Positions 25,546 to 38,330 of a stretch of DNA of 64,000 nt are shown here, piece by piece. Made by a program: the position numbers and the translations under genes. The notes under the pieces were generated by a model. That model did no database searches. It saw only the letters and a program-made list of their open reading frames with translations, and was not told the DNA's origin. Every line of letters begins with the position of its first letter. Position 1 is the stretch's first letter. Source of the DNA: the human T2T-CHM13v2.0 reference genome, Homo sapiens; the NCBI RefSeq assembly GCF_009914755.1, contig NC_060936.1. One strand, given 5' to 3'.

Positions 25546-27385
25546 ATGGTGTTGAATTGGTTAACATAGCTAGTTGGGCAGGTATCCTCTTCCTCCATTA
25601 ATCTTAAAAATGCATCCTTTCCAAAGTTTGGTCGAAGCAGATGGCCTTTCTAGATATTGTTATTCACTAAAGTAAATGAAAGGCTGTTCTCTTGAAAGAA
25701 TGTCCAAACTTTATGTTGTATAGACTGGTCTGAATAGTTTTAATCTAGAATAGACACTATGAGAATGAATCTTTCAATCAAGTCAAATAAGGCGTATGGG
25801 CTTATCTTGACCCCTTGTTACCTTTGATTTGTCCCAAATAATCCACTGGTTAAAATCATTGGCTTTTTGGTATTAATATCAATGCTTCTTATTTCAAAAC
25901 AATGCTGCAAGGCCTGGGATGAGTGTGGTGAAATACATGGTCAGAAATGGTTTCCCAATCACTTTCACCCAGCATAGTATTTCTCTCATCTCTCTCTACT
26001 TCATGTCTCATCTCATTCTGTTCTCTTCTTTTCCTATTTCCTTTCCTCTTCTGCTACTGACAGCCTTTGACATTCTTTTTATTCACTGATGTACTTTTGA
26101 GCAAGGCTTATGCCACTGTGGAGTTTACGGTAGGCTAGGTATTAGCATTTCATTTCCTCCCTGGAATGACTGAAAACCAGGGCTCCCTCTCCTGCCAGCC
26201 ATGCTTTGGGAATAAGCAGTTACCCAGTATACAGTGTCACCAGGCCGCTTAATCACTACTCCATCTTGGACCCATGCCTGAATAAGATGAAAACTGCCAG
26301 AGAAAGAATAAGAAGGGATGTTGAGGAATCGCATACGTGGGCCTTAGCTGTCTCATTTTTTTTTCTTTTTTTTAGAAAGACTGACACAACTGTAAGCTGA
26401 GACTGGCTCCAGCTTGGAGATTGTAGCTATGCCACCAGCATTATCTCCTGTACTTACACTCTTATTGTTATTTTACTCTTTCAGATGTGGGAAGAGAGGC
26501 CTTGTAACAAAACATAAGGCATTCGTGAGTAGAGGGTAACGCCCTCTTTCTGGTGCCACAGAAAGATGAATCAGCCAAAGGGATATTAAAACACATTCTC
26601 TTTATTTTTAGTTTCTCTCTAAAGTCTTTCATTTCTTTTTTTCTTTGTAACTTGGCACCTGCCCTCTGTTCTCAGGGGCCCTGCACCCCATTAGTCTCCT
26701 CACTCAGGGACCTGTTTTTTGCTCAGGGCACATCTGGACCTTGTCCCAGGGGTGGGAGTGACATGGCCAGGATGGCAGGTGAAGGGGTGGCGGCTGCCAG
26801 GGCAGTCTGGCGTGTCTGGAGGGAGAGTGTTGGGAGGTGGACGCTCCTTAAAGAGAGGCATCCGGGCCTGCATCAGGGAGTAAACTGTTGGAAGACAGCC
26901 TCTACAGCAGCAGAAACAGCTCTTGGCACTGTCGCAGAGAAGGGAGCAGCCAGAGTCAGCGACAGATTGAACACAGGAGAGAGGGAAGGAGGGAGGGCGA
27001 GTGGGAGGAGATGGTTTGGTGTTACATGATATAAATAACTGCATGGTGCAGACTTGAGTGCCAGTTGGGTTGTGTGTGATGTCCCTTTCATGCTGGTGTA
27101 TCAACAGTGTTGTTCTTGGATTGAGAGGTCCTGGGGAATGTTTCTATAGCACCTAGCACAGTGCCATATGCAGAGAGGGAATAAAAACAAGGCAATATGG
27201 TATATTGAAAACAACATTGGATTACAGCCCCAAATCCTCTGTGTGGATGCACAAGTCACCCAAATTCTCTGAGATTCAGTTTCTCATGTAAACAACCAAA
27301 TGTGCTAGATAATATCAAGCACCCCTTCTAAAAAGATGACCCTAAATATCCAGATGGTCATGAACGACCCACTTTGTAATCAATA

Positions 27386-27390
<5 letters not shown>

Positions 27391-27434
<44 letters not shown>
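27391..27434. repeat. (TA)22
   Basis: Direct count. Confidence 0.95.
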
Positions 27435-27440
<6 letters not shown>

Positions 27441-29042
27441 ATTAATGTTTCTAGCTAATAATAGGGGAGTATAGTAGTGAAGAGAAGTTTGATGAGAAAA
27501 CCAAGAGTTTTCTCTTTTTTAGATTTAATTTTGGATGTAAACAAGATGTATAAGCTGAATTTAAGGAAAGCAGGGATCAGTGTTGAGTCTGATGAAGGAA
27601 AATGTCTAATTTGGAGTTGGGCTTGATTAGGGGAAGGAGACAAGCCCATCCATATGGATTGCAGAAGCCAGCTCAAGGTAGGGCACAAAGAGCCCTTTAG
27701 AGAGTCATTTGAAGCAGGTGATAGAATCAAACTACATTTTGAAAACCGGAGTCCTAAGGAAAGAGAGATGGCCCTCACTTCTGTGGGCACTCAGAAATGA
27801 GAATTAGTATGAGAAGAGTCTTTCTAATAATCCTTGGGCATGGCCTTTTACTTTTATTCTTCACAAAGCCGCATCTTCATAAGGTAAACAAATGACTCTT
27901 TCGGCCCCAGGAGGACTGTTAATATTGTTGACAAGGTTGCTTTATTTCCTAGTGTTTAACATAGGCCAATGTTTTCTTTCACTAATTTCCTTGGTGTCTG
28001 TCAATGCTACATGAGTTCTCTGTGTGATATTCACTTATTTTCAGGTGGACAGATGCATAGTTTCCTTGGAAATGTCTAGCCGTAACTACATGTTATCTCT
28101 GATAGTATGAATGGGCTTCCAGACAGGACATCATCTATGCCATTGGTACCCAACATCTGCCCAGAATATAAAATCAGAAGATAAAGATTAAACATAGTTT
28201 TTCAAATGCCATCCTCTTTTTTTGGTAAAATAAATTACTGCTAAGTTCAGTAAAATTTAAAAGTCTATACGAAGAGTGCTCAAGCATGTTGTGGTATTAT
28301 ATTATTTTTTTTCAAAATACCAAGCAAGTATGCAGACTGAGGCTGAATGGTTCATTTAGGGTGTGATAACATTATTTCAGGAATTTCAGATAAAATCTGG
28401 ACTCATCAGACCATTATTTCTTTTCTTTCTGCAGGATTTTGCTGCTATTATTTCTTTCCCTTTTATTCTTAATATATTATTGCTTAAACATGACCATGAA
28501 ACTGTAAATGCCTTCCTTAAATTATTGTATTTTAGAATGCCATATATCTTTGGATATTGCAGCAAACTCAAGGTCAACTGAAGAGGTTTCTTAGTAATCT
28601 TCTGGCCTTCACTGAGCCTGTTTTTTAGCCATTGCACTCCTCCCAATCCCCTCCCCCATGAAAACTATTTTTCTGAATTGAAGAAATGAACTATGAATAA
28701 GGAAAAAGAAAAAGAGAGGTGTGGTTTAAGTTACAGTTTGTCTCCAAGCTAAATCATGTTCTCATCTTTATTTCATCTGGGACCAACATCATGCCCAGAT
28801 TCCCAAACCTCCTTAAATGCTTTTTAACAAATGTAATTATCCATCGAGAAAAATCTCTGATTTATTTTACTGAATTCAGCAAAGAGAAATATTCTCAGCT
28901 TATGATATTGGCAGGAGAAATCATACTCTTTCTTATTTTTCTTTTTTCTTACATACTCAAACATGCTGTGAATGGCCACATCACTCTGCTTTGGGATCCA
29001 CTCTGAGGCAATGGCCTTTTGGCCTTCTGGCCAACCGCTCAC

Positions 29043-29066
29043 TTCTGTGAATTTCCTTTCTGAGAA
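29043..29066. promoter_or_regulatory. Tandem STAT5 sites with 6-bp spacer (tetramer geometry)
   Basis: TTCTGTGAA-tttcct-TTCTGAGAA. Confidence 0.7.
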
Positions 29067-31289
29067 CTAGAGACTGTTGCCCCAGAAGTCATTTTCCAAT
29101 TTATCACAGGACCTATCCATGGTTACAGAATTAGTTGGCCTCCTTGAGAATACGCAATGTGAGACCTAATGTGACACACAGCTGGGGAAGCTCCTTTGGT
29201 GCAGGGACACTGGGCCAGGATAACTGCTTGTGGGCCATTTTATTTCCCTGGACACTTGCCTTCTGTCTGCTCTCTTTGTCTCACATCTGGGTTTGAGAAA
29301 GCTGTGTGGAGGCATCACTTATGCCAATACTTAGGCATAAGTAGCTCTGCTCTGCTCAAGCAGAAGTGAGGGCCTAAGTTCAGGATTTAAACATTCCTTT
29401 CTGATACACAGTCTTTCAACAGGGCAGCCTCCATTCTCTCTTCTCAGCCTTCCAGCCAAGTACCTGCTACTTTGTAACCCCAATGGGAAGCCTCTTCCCT
29501 TTGGGAAAAAGGAGAATATCAAAATCCACTGACCTCCTGCTGGGTATGGTCTTTGTAATCTCCACTATGTTAACTGGATGCCTGTTTATATAAAAGCTAC
29601 ATTTAGTAACCTTTAGGCTGACGAATGAAATGACCCTCAAGGTATTGTAGCAGCTTCCATATGATAAGGATAGAAGGAAAGAAGTGAAGCTTTTGACTCT
29701 GAGTAGTAGGAGTTCTGATGAGAGAATGTAGACAGAGCTACACACATCCTCTTAACTGAACTGTAAGTTCAAGCCATTGAAGATGACTTAAAAAAAAGAA
29801 TTTTAGTAAAAAGCAGGCTGCTGGTTCAGGAATATTTTAATCTACTTCTAAAGACTTGCTAATTTATTTTTCTTCTCAAACGACTTGTTCATCTTCTCCT
29901 CTTCATCTCTCTTCCTTGCTCTGGGTCAGGAAGACACTCTGGTAAAGGTCAGTTATGAAGTCCTAGCCTCCTCATGTCTTCTCATCGAGCCAGTGCTCCC
30001 ACGGTCCACTGAGATCTGCCTTTGGCAGTCATTTCCCTCAGTTGGACTCTGAGCCATCACAAATTCTTTGCATTTTTCAGAACATCTGTGCCTTCTTTTG
30101 CCACATCTTTTTTCTTGGTGCTCAACAGGTCACAAATCAGCCTGTACTTCTCTTTCCAGGCTGTTGATGTCTTAATACTCTCTTTTCAAACCAAATTCCT
30201 CTCTTGTGTCTGGCTGTGGCTCTTAGCTCCCCAGCCTTCTCATCTCCCCCATCTGGGTTAGTCATCTGTGGCATCACCAAGGGGTCTCTTTCTCTTAGCC
30301 TTCTATCTGGCCTGAACTTCTGCATTTCCCTGAATGTCAGAATAACTACACATACCACACTACTAGGCTTGAAGCTTAGTTAAGTTCTCTAACGTGATTT
30401 AAACACAGTGCAGAAAACACTTCCATGGAAGCGTGAACGCTTGAAAAGACTCAAACTTAGAGGATACTAATTAGCTACTGAGAGAGAAGGCACTATAACA
30501 AGACCCAAAGATATAATCAAATGAAGTTGAAAACTATTCCATTAAACACAAGTTTCTCCTTGACATTTAGAAAAATCAGGGCGTTTGCAATAATACACTA
30601 CCAATAGCTTCCCTTTATTGAGTGCTTCCTACTAAGCTACTATAGTAAATATTACTTTTCTTGTCTTATTTACACATGTGCAGTATCTACATGGAGGCAG
30701 CATTATTACTACATCCATTTTACATTTTAGAAAGCTGAGGCTTAGCAAGGTTAAGTACCTTGACCTAAATCATACATCTAGTAAGCTGCAAAGCCAGGTC
30801 ACCTTACTCGGGAACACCTTGAAAGTGAGAGAATTCCCTGGTGATGAAGAACTCTGAAGTTGATACCTTTACTGGGATTCTTGTGGGCACATGATGCTAA
30901 TATCAATGAAGAATATGGGTGAAGGCATCTAAATGGACCCACTAACCCCAGGATTTGAGTACATGGAGTTGCACAGAGTTTTATCCTAGGTATTCTAGAG
31001 AATGCCAGAAGGAATGCCATGCATGGCTTTTTCCCTTGAGAGAGAAGTCTGTGCACTTCCGCAGTTTAGGACATAGCTCTTGCATGCTCACATCTTACCC
31101 AGTGCATTGTGACCCTTTCAGTTTCAGATGGGGCAGTCAGCCTTGTTTCATAGCCTGCCAAGACCCTTGAATTGCATAAAGTTATAACAACTTTAGCAGA
31201 CACTGAAATAGAGAAGTTTTTACCCATAATCTTGATATCCCAGCAAATCACTTTATCTTCATTTTTCAAAATTGTTTCTGTTTCTCATC

Positions 31290-31630
31290 CAGATACATAC
31301 ATTATTTTGGCATAGCTACAGCCATAACCTAAATTTAATGCAGTACTGTATTTTTTCCCACTTAACATGACATTGTAAGCGTTTCCCATATTGCTATATA
31401 GTTTTCATAATTATAATTTTAAAACTGCAGAATATTTTACTGAGTAGATATGCCATCATTTGTTGCTGTAACCATTTTCCTATTACTAGGCATTTAGGCT
31501 ATTTCTAGTTTTATCATCATTTTAACTAATGCAGCAATAAATGTCTTTGTACACATAACATTCTACTACTCATAGATCATTTATAAGAATAAATTCCAAG
31601 GAATGGAATTACTGAGTCAAAGGGTATTAT
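31290..31630 (-). mobile_element. Old L1M (L1ME-like) fragment
   Basis: tttttcccacttaac...catttaggctatttctagtttt...ggaattactgagtcaaaggg. Confidence 0.6.
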
Positions 31631-31967
31631 CAGACAATCCTATTTTGATGAAAGCCCACAATTTTGCATAAGGACCAGAGGAATTTAATCAACAAAGCAG
31701 AGAATTATATCCAGATTTTCTCCCGGGATTAGAAAAGAGACAGCCAAGGTGGAGCACAGACAGGGATCTTACCTGTGTCCTGTGAGTTAGAATAAATGAA
31801 CCAATTTCTGTTTTCAATTACTAGTGCAGTTTCCTTTGAAGGAAACATGGGGCGTAACCAAGACTTGAGTTTGGCATCCAAAGGTTTTCTAAGTAGAAGT
31901 AAAACCAAGGAAAATGAAATTGATGACAAGGGACTCTGGTCTCTCAACTTTGAAAATCACCAAGTAC

Positions 31968-32103
31968 TTGTATACATATGTAACTAACCTGCACGTTGTG
32001 CACATGTACCCTAAAACTTAAAGTATAATAAAAATACATACATACATACATACATACATACATAAATACATAAACAAATAAATAAAAATAAAAAACTTAA
32101 AAA
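31968..32103 (+). mobile_element. Extremely 5'-truncated L1PA 3' end (~60 bp) with tail turned into (TACA)n/(TAAA)n
   Basis: tgtatacatatgtaactaacctgcacgttgtgcacatgtaccctaaaacttaaagtataat; 16-bp TSD gaaaatcaccaagtac at 31952-31967 and 32104-32119. Confidence 0.92.
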
Positions 32104-33322
32104 GAAAATCACCAAGTACGTATGAGGTTTCTTCTCTGGGGTAGGGAGAGAGGTTCAACACACAGCTGCCAAGACAGCACCACACTTCAGTGTATGGGAG
32201 TGGGAGAGTTTGCATCCTAAATAACAAAGGCTCTGCTCCTGTGCTCCTTCTGAACTCAGGTCCTCTCTGGAGAACCTGGCTCCTCCCTAATCTGGTGTCT
32301 CTCCACCTTTGTTTGGGTCATGATATCCCTGACAATCTGCCTTCTCATCCAATCCAAAATTTGGCTGAACACTCCTGTCCTTCTTTCACCACATTATTAT
32401 TCTCCTTTTTATAAACATTTGGTCACATGTAAACTTGAGCACCTACTGAATTCTAGACGCTATTCTCAGTACCAGGGATAAGAAGTTAACAACACAGAAA
32501 AAAACAGGATAACAGGTCACTATCTCCTTATAATCAGGGTAACTGTAACAAACTTAAAGGAAACTGCAATGCAGGGATGCTGAACTCAACAGTTCAAGGA
32601 TAATTGCTCAGAGAAATTGTTGAAGTCTCAGTCTAGCAACACAAAATTTCTTCAGGCCCCCATGAGAATTCTTGTGTGATGACCTCATTCCCATTAACCT
32701 TCTAAATATGGAAAATGATTACTTTATGTATCATAAACAAGCTCTTAACTGTATATTAGCCTTTTTTTTCTGTTTTGTGAAGACTGGCCTATTCTTTCCT
32801 ATTTGATTTTGAGCATCTCGAGGGCAGACACTGTCATCTCATCCTTCTCTGTTTAGAAGCACTACACTGGGCATTTGGACACTTCACAAATGCTCACTGA
32901 TTGGTGGATTGACAAGTTGGGTGCACAAACGGTACAAAGAGAGAAGCAATAGAAGAAATTTGTACTTTGGAAAGAAGAAACCTAACACCAGGGCCAGTCT
33001 CAAGTCTCCATTTCCTTTCTTGTTAAAAGAGGATGATCATCATTTCCCTCTACAGGGTTTTTGTGAGTTAAGGCACAAAGAGAGCTTGAGACAGCTTGTG
33101 GCACAGAGCAAGCACTCCCAGAATGTCATCTCACCCCACCCTCCTTAGCATCATTATGAAGAACTGATTGTGACGTTGTGTGGTGAAGTGCTTAGAACAC
33201 AGGCTCTGGAGGAGATTGCCTGGGTTCAGATGCTGGCTAAACCATTTCTTTTTTTACTTGAAAAACAAATTTTTTGATTTCACTTGTTTCATCATTTGAG
33301 TTCAGAGGGCATTTCAAAAGTA

Positions 33323-34380
33323 CAGTCATCTCTCTTTTTTTTTTTTTATTATACTTTAAGTTTTAGGGTACATGTGCACATTGTGCAGGTTAGTTACATA
33401 TGTATACATGTGCCATGCTGGTGCGCTGCACCCACTAACTCGTCATCTAGCATTAGGTATATCTCCCAATGCTATCCCTCCCCCCTCCCCCCACCCCACA
33501 ACAGTCCCCAGAGTGTGATGTTCCCCTTCCTGTGACCATGTGATCTCATTGTTCAATTCCCACCTATGAATGAGAACATGCGGTGTTTGGTTTTCTGTCC
33601 CTGCGATAGTTTACTGAGAATGATGGTTTCCAATTTCATCCATGTCCCTACAAAGGACATGAACTCATCATTTTTTATGGCTGCATAGTATTCCATGGTG
33701 TATATGTGCCACATTTTCTTAATCCAGTCTATCATTGTTGGACATTTGGGTTGGTTCCAAGTCTTTGCTATTGTGAATAATGCCGCAATAAACATACGTG
33801 TGCATGTGTCTTTATAGCAGCATGATTTATAATCATTTGGGTATATAAGTAATGGGATGGCTGGGTCAAATGGTATTTCTAGTTCTAGATCCCTGAGGAA
33901 TCGCCACACTGACTTCCACAATGGTTGAACTAGTTTACAGTCCCACCAACAGTGTAAAAGTGTTCCTATTTCTCCACATCCTCTCCAGCACCTGTTGTTT
34001 CCTGACTTTTTAATGATTGCCATTCTAACTGGTGTGAGATGGTATCTCATAGTGGTTTTGATTTGCATTTCTCTGATGGCCAGTGATGATGAGCATTTTT
34101 TCATGTATTTTTTGGCTGCATAAATGTCTTCTCTGTATTTGCAGGTTTCATGTCCACAACCATGGATAGAAAATATTTGAACGAAAATTAAAAATAACAA
34201 TATAACAATTAAAAATAATACACATTTTTAAAATACAGTATAACAGGTGTTTACATAGAATTTACATTATATTAGATGTTATAAGTGATCCAGAGATGAT
34301 TTTAAAGTGCACAAGAAAAGTGCATAGGTTACATGCAAGTATTAATACCATGCCATTTTAAAGAAGAGCCTTGAGCATAC
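33323..34380 (-). mobile_element. MER2-like Tigger-family MITE interrupted by the L1PA2
   Basis: TA|cagtcatctctct [L1] ctgtatttgcagg...tttacattatattagatgttataagtgatccagagatgatt...ccttgagcat matches the reverse MER2 consensus as I recall it. Confidence 0.7.
33336..34132 (-). mobile_element. L1PA2-like 3' fragment (~0.8 kb; ORF2 C-terminus + 3' UTR)
   Basis: ORF 33553..34200 contains the ORF2p C-terminal sequence (CWRGCGEIG...HCWWDC). 3' UTR has GAG (gatgacgagttagt) and cttaaag, so not Ta. Confidence 0.93.
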
Positions 34381-34947
34381 CATTTCTAACTATGTGATGT
34401 GAGGAAGCTCCTTAACCTCTCAGGTTGCATCCAAAAAGAGGCACATACTCACCTCACAAGGTGCTTGTGATGCATGCATGAGTGAACACTTACCCAATAT
34501 TAGTTAAAATTACTCAGCAAAGACTCAGTGAATGGCCATTATCTGCCTGGGCTTGGTGCTCAGAATATAGAAGAGGACACAGGATACGCAGGTTACACAG
34601 TCTCCCCACATCCCCCAGCATGCCTGTGGTCCATAATGTGTATTGGCATCATCAATCCATATAGCTAATTCCAGAGAGTGCCTGGCAGTTCAAAAATCAT
34701 TTTCACATACCTTTTGTGCATCAGCCATTTCAACAACCTTATGGTGCCAATGGAATTATTCTCACTTTTATAAATGAAAAAACTGAGAGTTTAAGTGGCT
34801 TATGAATCTGGAAGTTCCTTTGATTTCAAATGGCAAGACTTCTCCACCCACATACTTGTCCCCAAACCTCATGAAAGGATGAAATTCAGGCCCATAATTC
34901 TGTGGGGGTTCCTGAAGCAGGTAGTGCCCAAGATAACTAACACATAC

Positions 34948-35100
34948 TAGTGGTTTTCAAACTTGAGCCTGCATGTTTATCACCTGGATGGCTTATTAAA
35001 ACACGATCAACAGGCCCCACTTTTAGAGTTGCTGTTTCAACAGGTACTGGGGTGGTGCTCAAGCACTTGCATTTTCCATAAGTTCTCAAATGATGCCAGT
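34948..35100. mobile_element. MER5A-like hAT-Charlie
   Basis: tagtggttttcaaacttgagcctgcat...cacctgga...ttgcattttccataagttctcaaatgatgc. Confidence 0.7.
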
Positions 35101-36585
35101 GCCTGTGTGCAATATCAACTCCTAATATGTGTGTATATAATATACGATCACGTCCTGTGGCACTGGAGAGAAGGGAAGAACTGCAGTCCTGGGAAAGACC
35201 TCTTATACTTTCTTACACAGAAAGCCTTCATATCTCTTGTGATAATTGCCTAATAAAGGTATCTATATGTCAGTCTAGTAGCAGAACCAGTTTTATTGCA
35301 AAACAGAAGGAAAAAATATTATAACCCTTCAAAGTAACAAACTGAACTGAAACAAAAAACACATGTTGACCTTTTTCCCTTCCCTGAGTTTTTTATTTGC
35401 ACAGTCTGTGTCCTTCTGAATTCCAGCTAGCACCTGAAGACAACAAGCCAGGTCTCAGGAAAGGAAATTAGAGCCTTCACAGATTCCCCCGCCAAATGGA
35501 AAGCGAGAAACACAAGCTAGTCTTCTGATATTGAAAGCTGCCTTTTCTAAATACTGAGTTCAATTTATTTTTAAGCTTTCCAGATTGTCAGATGGCCAGT
35601 CAAGCCAACTTGCTCAATTGTAAAATTCAGCTCAGAAGACAGACTTCCCAGGAACCCAAACCTATCCTTCCTATGCCTTTGCCCTATAACCTCCTAGGGT
35701 AATGGAGAGAAGCCAAAAAGGCAGTGTGGGTTTGGGGCACCTTCAGTACCACATCATCAAAATATCTTTTCATGGATCATTCAAAATTTGTGGCAAAGGA
35801 GGGTGGAAGGGAATATACCACTGATGATTGCCCATAGAACCACAGTAATTATACAAAGCAGAGGACATTTAATTTTGCAAAAAAAAAATTATAATTTTTT
35901 ATTTATCAGTTAGGTTACACCTAATCATCAGAATTTCTCGAGCGAGTGATAGAATCAATCTCACTGAGGAAACAGGGTTAATTAATCCAACTGATTCCAT
36001 ACATAAGTGGCAGGAAGAAGGCACATGAAGCTCTGTTTCTTTTCTGAGCCCTTCTGATGAGACTGTGTATGAGGCTTTCATAGCTTTAAATCCAACAGTG
36101 CCCAAAGGCAGGAAATCCATATTGGGAGCACTGGGAGGGAAGGCAGGGGCCACTGCTGGCTTCCCAATTAGAGCATTCCTCCAGGCCCCTGTTTCCATTT
36201 TCCTTTAAATAAGAAGTTGGGTTTTTAATGATTCTCTTTCTAGTCACTTCCTTCCTGCTGCCTTGCTAGGTCATTTCAGCATATGCCTTCTCAACGAATC
36301 TATTTCTGGAAAAGACAGAGGAAAAATGACCTCATTCACTCATTGAGAAGTCAACGGGGCATCCCCAGGGCTGGCTGGTACCTCTGTGTGGAGGGGTCTC
36401 CCTGGCCTCCCTAGCAGTCTCTCATGCAACGGCCACCTCGGGACTCTGCAGAGGAACCTGGCACAGGTGCAGAAACACATATTAGCACCACTTGTGTGGT
36501 GAAGGCTGAAGGAAGCTTGAGAGGTGGTAGGATGCTTGGTTTTGTCCCAAGGAGCACACAAGCTAATCAAAAACATGGACCAAGA

Positions 36586-37105
36586 TTGATTTTTCACTCT
36601 GTTAATTGTTCCTTTGCTGTGCAGAAGCTTTTTAGTTTGATGTAATCCCATTTGTCTATTTTTGCTTTTGTTGCTTTTGCTTTTGGGGTCTTGTCCAAAC
36701 TAATGTCAAAAGACAAATACTATATGATCTCACTTGTATATGGAATCTAAATAAGTTAATCTAATAGAAGTAGAGAGTAGAATAGTGGTCACTAGAGGCT
36801 GCGGAGCATTAGTTAGGTGGGGAGATAGAAACTGTTCAATGGGTACAAAGTTACAGTTAGACAAGAGGAATAATTTCTGGTGTTCTATTGCACAATAGGG
36901 TGACTCTGGTTAACAATATCGTATTGTATATTTCAAAATAGCTAAAAAAGAGGATATTGAATGTTCTCACCACAAAGAAATGATAAAGGCATGAGGTGAT
37001 CGATATGCTAAATACCCTGTTAGACTTTTACACAATGTATGCATGTATCAGAACATCATGTGTACCCCATAATTATTTACAATTATTATGTGTCAATTAA
37101 AAGCA
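36586..37105. mobile_element. L1MA-type fragment with inverted 5' piece (36586-36700 minus, ~36705-37105 plus)
   Basis: tcctttgctgtgcagaagctttttagtttgatg (ORF2, minus) joined to an L1MA 3' UTR aaagacaaatac...tgtgtcaattaaaa (plus). Confidence 0.75.
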
Positions 37106-38019
37106 AGCATACAAACCAAAACACCAAGAGGTCAATATGACCAGAGCAGAAACCTATTTGAACTTTCACACTGGACAGACAGATCCTTAGAAATCCTCCA
37201 GTTCAGAGATGCATTTTGGTAGGAGGCATATCAACCCTCTGCATGATGTATAATTATGTATGTTTGTGGATTTTCCTGGAAAGAGGACATTTAGACACTC
37301 AGAAGATTCTCAGAAGATTCCATGATCTGAGAAAACTAAAGAAGCATAGTTCACACGTGACCAGGGTCACAAGAGAAGCTGAGGCAAAGTCAGGAAGGAC
37401 TCCCTGCCTTCCTCTGCGGTCTTCTTTCTATCACACTCTTCAGAGACATCGACGACTGGCCTGCACATTGGCTGCTGGTGATTTGGAATCACATCCCAAA
37501 TGCCAAATCCTATGTCAAAGGACACCTAAGGATCCAAGAGATCTTTTCAGCTCAGCATTCACCAAAGAGTTGTTCAAGAAGTTCCGTGCAAAAAGCTTAG
37601 GAAACGGCTGTAAACGTTATCTTATTTTGCAGAGTCTTAAAGTTCACCAGCCTATTCAAGATGGTCGAGGAACAGCCTATTCAAGTTCCACAGTGAAGAA
37701 ATCTGTTTCATGGTACTGAAGTCCACTTTCTCCACACAATAGACCACCGGACTCTCATTTTCCAGGAATGTCCATTAACTTCCTGAGGAACAAAGGCGCC
37801 TGTATACTTAAATTCCTTCTTTTATCTCTTCTTTCAATTAAAGAACATGAGAGAGTCCTTTGGGAATGTAAACAATTACTGAGTAACAAGGCATTATAAA
37901 CCGTGAACACCCCAGAAAAAGTTAGTGCTGGGTCTGTCAGAAGAAAACATGAGGGAAGTGGGTTTGCTTTATGGGATTGGTTCAGAATAACATAACTCTG
38001 CTAAACTGAAAGGTCTTCA

Positions 38020-38330
38020 GGGTCTCCCTCTGAGAGGGACCTCCCCCATCCAATCCATCAAAGGCAGTACCATCCTCAGGTTCATCATCCTATTATTTCT
38101 TTCAAAACGTTTATCAAATTTGACATGGTCTTGTTTATTTGTTGCTTGACTTGTAATTTTTCTCTGTCCTCCCCCATACCCATTGGAATGTGGGATCTAT
38201 GAAGCCAGTAGCCTTTTATTCCCTATTCACTGCTGTAGCCACAACACTTGCAACGGTTTTACACAGAGTAAGTGCTTAAGGAGTACATTTTGTACACATG
38301 TAGGAACACATTAGTGAATGGATACAGAAA
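38020..38330. mobile_element. L2 3' fragment
   Basis: tctctgtcctccccc...ggaatgtgggatctatgaag...tattcactgctgtagccacaacac. Confidence 0.55.

Noticed and set aside
33553-34200. 215-aa ORF, the longest in the track
   Set aside because: L1 ORF2p C-terminus fused to translated MER2 flank; a truncated retrotransposon, not a gene.
37273-37315. STAT-like pair TTCCTGGAA / TTCTCAGAA
   Set aside because: Appears to lie in a degraded hAT-like remnant; no supporting motif context.
37216-37719. 167-aa ORF, and similar 134-160 aa ORFs at 26553-27104 and 39099-39581
   Set aside because: No recognisable domain, mostly non-ATG starts, no splice support; within chance expectation for 64 kb.
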